A DNA stretch of 64,000 nucleotides. Source: Acidimicrobiales bacterium (GTDB lineage: Bacteria > Actinomycetota > Acidimicrobiia > Acidimicrobiales > Bog-793). The notes under the pieces were generated by a model. It searched no databases. It was given only the letters and a program-made list of their open reading frames with translations, and was not told where the DNA came from. The stretch spans positions 10,545 through 74,544 of the forward strand of contig JBEKMC010000010.1 in the NCBI GenBank assembly GCA_050008715.1, given 5' to 3'. The translations under genes were made by a program, and so were the position numbers. Below, one piece after another: positions 56,444 through 64,000 of the stretch. The first letter of the stretch is position 1. Every line of letters starts with the position of its first letter.

Positions 56444-57372
56444 GTGTTCAGCGCCTGCCAGCGTCCGGTCGGCATATCCGCGTACGGGTTGAGACCCGCC
56501 CGGGCGAGACGGCGGCCTGCGGTGCGACTGTCCAGCACGATGGCCGACACGCGTTGGCCGTCCTCGACGGTGTCGAGCAGGACGCGCCCACCGGCGGCGA
56601 GGAGGTCGGAAACGGTACCGAGGATGTCCGACGCCTGCTCGTCCGCACGGGCTGGATCGTCGGAGAGGTCGGCGACGATCCTGACGGGCGTGTCCGGCAC
56701 CTCCTCGGTCTCACGGATCATGAGGGTGCCCGTGTGCGCCGTGGCCCGCCAGTGGGCTCGCCGCCGGCTGTCGCCGTGGCGATAGGGACGCACGCCCCGG
56801 ATCTCACCGGAGAGCGCAAGGACAGGGCGGCCGTCGCCATCTTCGTCACCCGTCGCCTCCGATCCGACCACGGCGCCGTGGCTCGAGCCGGGCGAGACGG
56901 CGACGCTCGCCGGCAACATGACGTGGCGTTCGACCGACCACCACAACAGCCCGAGGGGAGCCGCTGTGGCAAGGCGGACGCGAACCGATGTGAGCGTGCC
57001 GCGGTGCGGAGGCGTGATGGCGACGGCCCGCGGACCGGATGACCCCAGCACTGCGGCGGGTCCTCGCGGCCTCGACGGCGTGCAGCGGAGGGGATGGTTG
57101 GCGACGACCTCGATCTCGAACTCCTCGCCGCGGGTGGCGTCGCGGGGCGCCTGTACGCAGTGAACCGTGAGGCGCGACACCGTCAGAGCCGGGCCGATCA
57201 TGCCGACGAAGGCGAGCCCCGCCGTCACCGCGCCGACCGCCTGCACCCATCCCGAGCCGCTGGCGTGAGCGACCGCTGCGAACGCGAACAGCAAGAAGGT
57301 GGCGGACACGACCGGCCCGAGAAAGCGATCAGGGCGTGGCACCCGGCCCAGAAATTCGAAGTGTCTCGTCAC
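56440..57372 (-). CDS. DUF58-family protein
   Basis: Frame of ORF 56440..57495. Start uncertain; GTG 57372 is chosen. Two N-terminal TM segments and the motif GVRPYRHGDSRRRAHW. Confidence 0.78.
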   Translation of the reverse strand: MTRHFEFLGRVPRPDRFLGPVVSATFLLFAFAAVAHASGSGWVQAVGAVTAGLAFVGMIGPALTVSRLTVHCVQAPRDATRGEEFEIEVVANHPLRCTPSRPRGPAAVLGSSGPRAVAITPPHRGTLTSVRVRLATAAPLGLLWWSVERHVMLPASVAVSPGSSHGAVVGSEATGDEDGDGRPVLALSGEIRGVRPYRHGDSRRRAHWRATAHTGTLMIRETEEVPDTPVRIVADLSDDPARADEQASDILGTVSDLLAAGGRVLLDTVEDGQRVSAIVLDSRTAGRRLARAGLNPYADMPTGRWQALNT

Positions 57373-57391
57373 CGGCGGCGGTCTCGAGGGA

Positions 57392-58450
57392 TCAGGGTCG
57401 CGGGCTGGGAACGGTCTGGAGCAGGTGACGTACCGCAGCTGCGCCGGACTCGAGGGCGCCCGCCCCGCTCGAATCGGTGACGAGTCGATGAGCAAGGACG
57501 GCGATCGCGACCATCTTCACGTCGTCCGGGAGGACGTAGCTACGGCCGCGCACGACGGCGTTGGCCCGTGCGGCTGCCAGCAAGGCGATCGACGCCCGTG
57601 GGCTCCCACCGAGACGGACACCGGCGGTCTCGCGGCTCGCGCGCACGATCGACACGGCGTAGCGGGCCACCTCGTCGGAGACGGGGAGGTTCGAGACCAG
57701 CGCTTGGATGCTCGCCAGGAGCTCCGGCGAGCACACCGGGCGCAGGTCGCTGAGGCGCGGTTGGGCGCCGTGGCTGAGGGCGAGGGCGGCCTCGGTGGCG
57801 GCGTCGGGGTACCCGAGGCGCGTGGCGAGAAGGAAGCGATCCATCTGGCTCTCCACGAGCGGGTAGGTCCCAGCCTGGTCCACGGGATTCTGGGTGGCGA
57901 GCACGAGGTGAGGGTGGGGGAGCGGCCACGACTCGCCGTCCACTGTCACCTGGCCTTCCTCCATGGACTCGAGGAGGGCCGCTTGGCTGCGTGGCGGTGT
58001 CCGGTTCAGCTCGTCGAACAGCACGACATGGGCGAACACGGGTCCTGGCCGGAAATCCCACTCGTCGGTCGCCTGGTTGTACACGCTGACACCGGTGATG
58101 TCCGAAGGCAGGAGGTCCGGATGACCCTGGATACGCGCGAGTCGTGCGCCGATGGAGACCGCAACCGCCTTCGCCAGCATCGTCTTGCCGACGCCGGGTA
58201 CGTCGTCGATGAGCAGGTGGCCGCCTGCCAGTACCGAAGTGGTGGCGATTCCGCATGCATACGGCGTGCCCCGCACGACCCTCGAGACATTCTCGAAGAG
58301 CTCGGCGGCGACGCGGACGGCATCGGCCGCAGTGACACCCGCACCGTCGTCCGACGCAGCGAGGCGCGATCCCACCGCAGCCAGCCGTTGCTCCTCGACG
58401 TACACCGCTTCCTCCGCCGTCACGATGTTGCCCGATTCTCGGTCGCTCAC
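57392..58450 (-). CDS. MoxR-family AAA+ ATPase
   Basis: Walker A PGVGKTMLAKA, DLLPSDITG and Walker B VLFDELNR. Confidence 0.9.
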   Translation of the reverse strand: MSDRESGNIVTAEEAVYVEEQRLAAVGSRLAASDDGAGVTAADAVRVAAELFENVSRVVRGTPYACGIATTSVLAGGHLLIDDVPGVGKTMLAKAVAVSIGARLARIQGHPDLLPSDITGVSVYNQATDEWDFRPGPVFAHVVLFDELNRTPPRSQAALLESMEEGQVTVDGESWPLPHPHLVLATQNPVDQAGTYPLVESQMDRFLLATRLGYPDAATEAALALSHGAQPRLSDLRPVCSPELLASIQALVSNLPVSDEVARYAVSIVRASRETAGVRLGGSPRASIALLAAARANAVVRGRSYVLPDDVKMVAIAVLAHRLVTDSSGAGALESGAAAVRHLLQTVPSPRP

Positions 58451-58600
58451 CCGCCACCCTCTCCCTACGAGGCGTCACACCAGCGTACTGGGCGTTCCGG
58501 CCCGCCTTAGCCGCCCCCCACCGTCGAGATCGACGGTGTCATCCCACGCCCGGCCGTAGGACGAGTGACCACACCATCCGGGACCCCCGAGACCTGTGCT

Positions 58601-60043
58601 TCAGAATTCGAGGCTGGACAGCTCCGGTACGGTTCGTTCCGCTCGGGCGCGCGCTTCCAGCCACCGAGCGCGGTCGACCCGATGAGCTGGTTCGACGACG
58701 ACTCGGGGTCGTACGAGCGCGCCAGCCTCGGCCAGCGACGCCCACACGCCTGTCGCCGTCCCGGCGAGAAACGCCGCCCCGAGCGTCGTCGCCTCCGTCA
58801 CCGGTGCGACCTCGATCCGCCGCCGGGTCGTGTCGGCGAGGGCTTGGATGAACGTGGCGTTTGCGCTCATCCCGCCGTCGACTTTCAGGACCTCGACGTC
58901 GAGCCCCGAATCTGCCACGACGGCTTCGAGCAGGTCGGCTCCTCGATGGGCGATGCCTTCGAGGACGGCCCGCACGATCTCGTAGCGCGTCGTGCCCCGA
59001 GTGATGCCGACGAGCGTCCCCCGGGCGCCGAAGTCCCACACAGGTGTGCCGAGCCCGAGCAGCGCCGGCACGAAGTACACGCCACCCGTGTCGGCGACGC
59101 TGGCGGCCATGGCGTCGGTATCTGCAGCCGTGCTGACGATTCCGAGGTCGTCGCGCAGCCATTCCACGCACGAGCCGGCACTCAACATGATGGCCTCGAG
59201 ACCCCACGTGAGCGTGTCGTGGTGGCTCCAGGCCACGATGGGAAACGTGCCCGCCCCGCCTCGTTGATCGAAGGCCGGCCGATCCGGCCCGACGCAGCAG
59301 TCGAGCATCCCACCGGTGCCGAACGTCGCCTTGGCGCTACCGGGGCCCAGGCAGCCCTGGCCCACGAGCGAAGCCTGCTGATCGCCGGCGATCCCGGCGA
59401 TCGGCGGGGCACCGTCGAGGGCATGGGCCTCACCGATGACGCCGGTTGACGAGACGATCTGCGGGAGAACGCGCTGCGGGACGCGGAGGGCGTCGCACAG
59501 GTCGAGATCCCAGGCGGCGCCGTCGGTCGTCACGAGGCCGGTCACGCCCGCGTTGGTGTGGTCGGTCACGTGCAGTCGTCCGCCTGACAGAACCCAGGCG
59601 ACCCAGGTGTCGACCGTGCCGAAGCAGAGGTCTCGCTCCCGCTGCGGGTCGGCGAGGTCGAGGAGCATGGCGAGCTTCGTGGCGGACTGGTTCGGGGCGA
59701 GCCGGATGCCTTGTGACTGCAGCATCAGGCACATGCCGACGGTCCGCAAGTCCTGCCAACCAATCCCGGGCGCGACCGGTTCGCCGGTGATCCGGTCCCA
59801 GACGATGGTCGAGGCGCGCTGGTTGGCGATGCCGACGGCGTCGACCGGACCGCCGGCGGAAAGGGCCGCCCGGGCGACTTCGAGGACCGCCGCCGCCATC
59901 ACGCCGGCGTCGAACTCGACGAAACCCTGCGCCGGCGACACCGGCAGCACCTCCCGGTGGTGGACTTCGGCGACGGCGGCATCGACGCCCACGACTGAGG
60001 CGCGCACGCCAGAGGTGCCGACGTCGACGACGAGCACGCTCAT
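58601..60043 (-). CDS. FGGY-family carbohydrate kinase (glycerol-kinase-like)
   Basis: Frame of ORF 58601..60262 with the start at ATG 60043. Contains LVVDVGTSGVRASV, GWQDLRT, FGTGGM and VDGGMSAN. ATGA overlap with the upstream gene. Confidence 0.82.
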   Translation of the reverse strand: MSVLVVDVGTSGVRASVVGVDAAVAEVHHREVLPVSPAQGFVEFDAGVMAAAVLEVARAALSAGGPVDAVGIANQRASTIVWDRITGEPVAPGIGWQDLRTVGMCLMLQSQGIRLAPNQSATKLAMLLDLADPQRERDLCFGTVDTWVAWVLSGGRLHVTDHTNAGVTGLVTTDGAAWDLDLCDALRVPQRVLPQIVSSTGVIGEAHALDGAPPIAGIAGDQQASLVGQGCLGPGSAKATFGTGGMLDCCVGPDRPAFDQRGGAGTFPIVAWSHHDTLTWGLEAIMLSAGSCVEWLRDDLGIVSTAADTDAMAASVADTGGVYFVPALLGLGTPVWDFGARGTLVGITRGTTRYEIVRAVLEGIAHRGADLLEAVVADSGLDVEVLKVDGGMSANATFIQALADTTRRRIEVAPVTEATTLGAAFLAGTATGVWASLAEAGALVRPRVVVEPAHRVDRARWLEARARAERTVPELSSLEF

Positions 60044-61623
60044 GGCTTGACCGTCCAAGCCGGCGGGCCGAACCGCGAGGCGAATCCGAGCTTGCCCGGG
60101 TTGAGGACGCCGGCGGGGTCGAGCGCCTTCTTCAACGACTCGAGTACCCCGTAACCGCCGCCGAGTGCCTCGGCCAGATATGGCCCACGGACGAGCCCGA
60201 TGCCGTGATGGTGTGAGATGGAACCCCCATGCGCCCGCGTGGCGGCCAACACGGCTCCCCAAGCCGCCCGGTAGAAGTCCTCAGCCCAGCCGTCGTCCGC
60301 CGTAGCTTGCGTCCCGATGAGGTCGGACACCTTCACGGGCGGCGGAGCGTCGTCACTGGAGGGCTTGCGGCCGGCGAAGGTGAAGTAGAGGCAGGCACCG
60401 TCGAGATACGCGTGCGACTCGTGAGCCGTCGCCGCCAGGCACCCGTCGATCTTTTCGAGCGCGGCCACTGCGGCGGCGTAGATCCCCGGCAGGGCTGACC
60501 ATGGCGCCGAAATCTCGATCGTGTCGACGACGATGCCGGCTTCGGTGACGGCGGCGAGAGCCGACACGTCGTTGCGGTGACCCAGCCAGCGCTCGACGAG
60601 GGCGTCGTCGAGGCGATCGGCGCCGGCCGAATCGCATTCGTCGCCGAGCACGGCCATGGCGGCGGCGACGATGGCGGGATCGCCCTCGTCGAGGGCGATG
60701 AGCACAGTTGTCGCCGTGTCGAAGCTCCGGCGCGACTCTCGATCGTCATAGAGGCGGACGACTGCCGGGGTGGCTCCTCGCCGGAGGGTGCGGCGGAGGG
60801 CGTCAAGGCCTGCCTCGAAGCTGGCAAAGCCGTACGCAAGCCGCTGCTCGGCCGGCGCCACGGGATGGGCCCGCAGGCGGGCCGCCGTGATGATGCCGAG
60901 GGTGCCCTCGCTCCCGACGAACAGCTGCGTCAGGTCCGGGCCCATCGCCGATCGCGGGCCGGCGCCGGCCATGGCTCCGGTCCGGATGACGTCGCCGCTC
61001 GGCAGGACCACCTCGAGCCCGGCGACGATGTCCTCGATCTTGCCGTATCGCGTCGAGTACTGGCCGGCGCCGCGGCATGCGATCCACCCACCGACCGTGG
61101 CAAGGTCGATCGACTGGGGCCAGTGGCCGATCGTCAGCCCGTGATCCGCCTGCAGCTCACGCTCGAGGTCAGGCCCGAACGTGCCGGCGGCGACGTCGAC
61201 GAGAAGCGAGTCGCCGTCGACGGCAAGGATGCCGACGAGCCCGCAGGTGTCAAGGGCGACGCCGCCGTAGACAGGAATGGATCCACCGCAGACACCGCTT
61301 CGGCCGCCGGCAGCGGTCACAGGGATGCCGGATTCGGCACAGAGCGCCACCACGGCCGCCACCTCGGCGACGTCCACCGGCCGGGCGACGGCAGCGGCCC
61401 GAGCCGGTGTCGCCCCATCGAGTGCCCAGCGAAGCGTGAGCGGCCACCAGTCCCGTCCCGCTTCGGCGGTTGCGGCTGGCGACGTCTCCACCTCACCGCA
61501 GACCGCCCGCAACCCGGCCAGCCATTCCTCGCCGACGTGGACACGAGGTCCGTCGAAGTGCTCGTGTGCATCGGCCGCGCCACCGGCCAAACCGATCGGC
61601 GCTGTAGCCCGGCCAGCTTTCAC
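60040..61623 (-). CDS. FAD-linked oxidase (GlcD / alkyl-DHAP-synthase-like family)
   Basis: FAD-binding PCMH-type domain (VTAAGGRSGVCGGS) and a C-terminal oxidase domain (HHHGIG). GTGA overlap with glpD. Confidence 0.82.
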   Translation of the reverse strand: MKAGRATAPIGLAGGAADAHEHFDGPRVHVGEEWLAGLRAVCGEVETSPAATAEAGRDWWPLTLRWALDGATPARAAAVARPVDVAEVAAVVALCAESGIPVTAAGGRSGVCGGSIPVYGGVALDTCGLVGILAVDGDSLLVDVAAGTFGPDLERELQADHGLTIGHWPQSIDLATVGGWIACRGAGQYSTRYGKIEDIVAGLEVVLPSGDVIRTGAMAGAGPRSAMGPDLTQLFVGSEGTLGIITAARLRAHPVAPAEQRLAYGFASFEAGLDALRRTLRRGATPAVVRLYDDRESRRSFDTATTVLIALDEGDPAIVAAAMAVLGDECDSAGADRLDDALVERWLGHRNDVSALAAVTEAGIVVDTIEISAPWSALPGIYAAAVAALEKIDGCLAATAHESHAYLDGACLYFTFAGRKPSSDDAPPPVKVSDLIGTQATADDGWAEDFYRAAWGAVLAATRAHGGSISHHHGIGLVRGPYLAEALGGGYGVLESLKKALDPAGVLNPGKLGFASRFGPPAWTVKP

Positions 61624-63344
61624 GTCGCCACCTCCACTGCCGGGTCCTCGCCCGGTTGCTGCTCGCGCGGCGACACGGCCGCCAGCTCCCGACTCACGAT
61701 CGCGTCGAGCGAGGCAACCTCAGCGGCCGTGCGGGCATCGTCCCAACCGAGCTCTGGCGCCATGAGGTCGGCTACGGACTTCCCGGCGGTCCGGCAGGCC
61801 GCCGCGTCGAGCAGAAGAGCACGAGTGCGCCGTGACAGAACGTCGTCGAGTCGCTGGGCCATCTCGTAACGCACGGCGTAGACCGCCTCTGCGGCGAGAT
61901 ACGGCAGACCAGGCACGAGGGGCTTGCCGAGCTCGGGGCGATGCTCGATCAGGCCCGCCACGGCCGGCGCTTCTCCGCCGTAGCGCGTGACGAGGTTCGC
62001 GAGCGCCGCATCCTCCATGCCGAGCGCCCGCCCGGCCCCGGGGCGCGAGGCGGCGGCAGCGCCATCGGCGCCCCTGAGCTTGAGGTGGCGCGTGGCGGAT
62101 CCGGGAAGCCCTCTCCCGAGCACCTTCGCCACGGCCGTGACCGTGTCCTCGGCCATCTTCCGATAGGTGGTCAACTTGCCGCCCGTGATCGTCACGAGCC
62201 CGTCGTCCGAGACGATGACGCGGTGGCGCCGCGAGAGGTCGGCCGTCCGTTCGCTTGGCGCCCGATGGTGAGGCTTGGCAGCGAGGAGAGGCCGCAAGCC
62301 GGCCCACGTGGCCGTCACGTCCGAGCGGCTGAGCGGCTCGCTCACGACTGCATTGACAGCGTCGAGGACGTAGTCCACGTCGGCCTCGGACACCTCCGGG
62401 TCGTCGAGTGGCCCCGTGTAGTCGGTGTCCGTGGTCCCAAGGTACGTGAACTCTCCCCAGGGGACCACGAAGATCGCCCGGCGATCCCTCGGCACAGGGA
62501 TGATGGCGGCGACGTCGCAGGGCAACTTCGATCTTCGCACGGTGACGTGAATGCCCTTTGCCGGCCGGAGGTCGTGGCATATCGGCTCGCCGTCGAGGGA
62601 GCGTACGACGTCGGCCCAGACGCCCGACGCGTTGACGACGGCGGCGGCTCTCACGTCGATTGGCTCGGCACTTCCGTCGGAGCTCGTGGGTTCGACGCGG
62701 GCGCCTCGGATCCGGCCCGTCGAGTCGGTGAGCAGGCTCGTCACGGGGGCGTAGTTGGCAGCTGCAACCCCATGCTCGAGCACGGCGGTACGCACGATCG
62801 AGAGGGTGAGGCGCGCGTCGTCGGTGCGGGCGTCGTAGTAGAGAAACCCCGCCACCACCCTGCCCTGCCTGAGAGTGGGCAGATGGGCGTAGATCTCCTC
62901 GGCGCTCACCTTGCCGTGACGCTTGCCGATCCGCCAACCCCCGCCAATGTCGTACATCCACAGTGCGACGGAGTAGCCCTTCACGATGCTCTTGTCGACC
63001 ACCCCGCCTTTGCCGAACAGCGGGATGAGGAACGTCAGTGGCTCGACGAGGTGAGGGGCGTTGCGGAGGAGCCGGTGACGCTCCACGAGGTTCTCGTGGA
63101 CGAGGCCGAATTCCTTCTGTTGGAGATAGCGCAACCCGCCGTGCACGAGCTTGGACGACTTCGACGACGTGCCGGAGGCGAAGTCACTTCGTTCGACGAG
63201 GGCGGTTCGCAAGCCACGGGCTGCGGCGTCGAGCGCCACCCCGGCGCCCGTGATGCCTCCGCCGATGACGAGGAGGTCGAACTCCTCCGTGCGCAGGCGT
63301 TCGAGGGCGACGCTGCGGTCGAAACTCGTGAAATGTCGGCTCAT
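61620..63344 (-). CDS. glpD: FAD-dependent glycerol-3-phosphate dehydrogenase
   Basis: Contains FDLLVIGGGITGAGVALDAAARG and SSKSSKLVHGGLRYL. 574 aa. Confidence 0.92.
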   Translation of the reverse strand: MSRHFTSFDRSVALERLRTEEFDLLVIGGGITGAGVALDAAARGLRTALVERSDFASGTSSKSSKLVHGGLRYLQQKEFGLVHENLVERHRLLRNAPHLVEPLTFLIPLFGKGGVVDKSIVKGYSVALWMYDIGGGWRIGKRHGKVSAEEIYAHLPTLRQGRVVAGFLYYDARTDDARLTLSIVRTAVLEHGVAAANYAPVTSLLTDSTGRIRGARVEPTSSDGSAEPIDVRAAAVVNASGVWADVVRSLDGEPICHDLRPAKGIHVTVRRSKLPCDVAAIIPVPRDRRAIFVVPWGEFTYLGTTDTDYTGPLDDPEVSEADVDYVLDAVNAVVSEPLSRSDVTATWAGLRPLLAAKPHHRAPSERTADLSRRHRVIVSDDGLVTITGGKLTTYRKMAEDTVTAVAKVLGRGLPGSATRHLKLRGADGAAAASRPGAGRALGMEDAALANLVTRYGGEAPAVAGLIEHRPELGKPLVPGLPYLAAEAVYAVRYEMAQRLDDVLSRRTRALLLDAAACRTAGKSVADLMAPELGWDDARTAAEVASLDAIVSRELAAVSPREQQPGEDPAVEVAT

Positions 63345-63481
63345 GATCGCTCATAAGCCTGCCATACCCCGGCTTCTTGCCCCTCTCCAGGCCGGCTTCG
63401 GGACCGGCTGGCGCTCCCCGTACCTGATTAGAATCAAACCAACGTTGGATTCGCTATTAGTCGACCTACCAGGAGGGCATC

Positions 63482-63904
<423 letters not shown>

Positions 63905-63954
63905 GGCCACCGAGACGCCGGCTGAATGGTGGCCGCCATGGTGAGGTGGCAACG

Positions 63955-64000
63955 ATGAGCAAGCTGACGCTGGATGAGATCGCCGACCTGAGGGCCTACG
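63955..64000 (+). CDS. Start of an unidentified ORF ([15 protein letters not shown]...), truncated by the window end
   Basis: ATG 63955 follows GGTGAGGTGG and the frame is open to the last base. Only 15 codons are visible, so the product cannot be assigned. Confidence 0.3.
   Translation, partial: MSKLTLDEIADLRAY

Overview
High-GC, actinobacterial-type chromosomal segment. It is almost fully coding, and many adjacent genes have 1-4 nt start/stop overlaps. All calls come from reading the supplied ORF translations and the DNA by eye; no searches or folding were run. Gene order: (1) 1-8.9 kb holds the distal dcw cell-division cluster: ftsW fragment, murG, murC, murB, ftsQ, ftsZ, yggS-like, sepF, yggT-like, divIVA. 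(2) 8.9-16.5 kb holds ileS (-), a histone-H1-like/DksA-like fusion gene with an 11x15-bp repeat, lspA, an RluD-type pseudouridine synthase, a sigma-70 factor (-) and a histidine phosphatase. (3) 16.5-23 kb holds an Rrf2 regulator, a polytopic membrane protein and a LIV-type ABC importer. (4) 23-27.5 kb holds an OmpR/histidine-kinase pair surrounded by three secreted or lipoproteins of unknown function. (5) 27.6-33.7 kb holds a PduO-type adenosyltransferase, pepA, ppgK, an IMPase-family gene, a zinc-ribbon coiled-coil protein and a second histidine phosphatase. (6) 33.7-34.1 kb holds the RNase P RNA gene. (7) 34.1-38.6 kb looks like an accessory patch: a 2.2-kb hipBA islet bracketed by a duplicated rnpB 3' end, a secreted YVTN beta-propeller protein, and a small HTH + Clp_N-domain cassette with a consensus promoter. 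(8) 38.7-45 kb holds a two-gene fused-subunit 2-oxoacid:ferredoxin oxidoreductase, divergent from an ADP-forming acyl-CoA synthetase, and an aminotransferase gene split by a perfect 19-bp tandem duplication. (9) 45-49.6 kb holds a probable frameshifted lipoprotein gene, a ~0.5-kb unassigned gap, a DoxX-like gene, xseA, xseB, hbd and a cupin gene. (10) 49.6-54.4 kb holds a P450 (-), an ArsR-like regulator, an MFS gene and a ferredoxin reductase. (11) 54.4-58.5 kb holds a MoxR/DUF58/transglutaminase operon (-). (12) 58.6-63.3 kb holds an FGGY kinase/FAD oxidase/glpD operon (-). (13) A rubrerythrin gene follows. I recognised no rRNA, tRNA, CRISPR array, transposase or integrase. Start codons are often uncertain because the ORF track gives maximal extensions.
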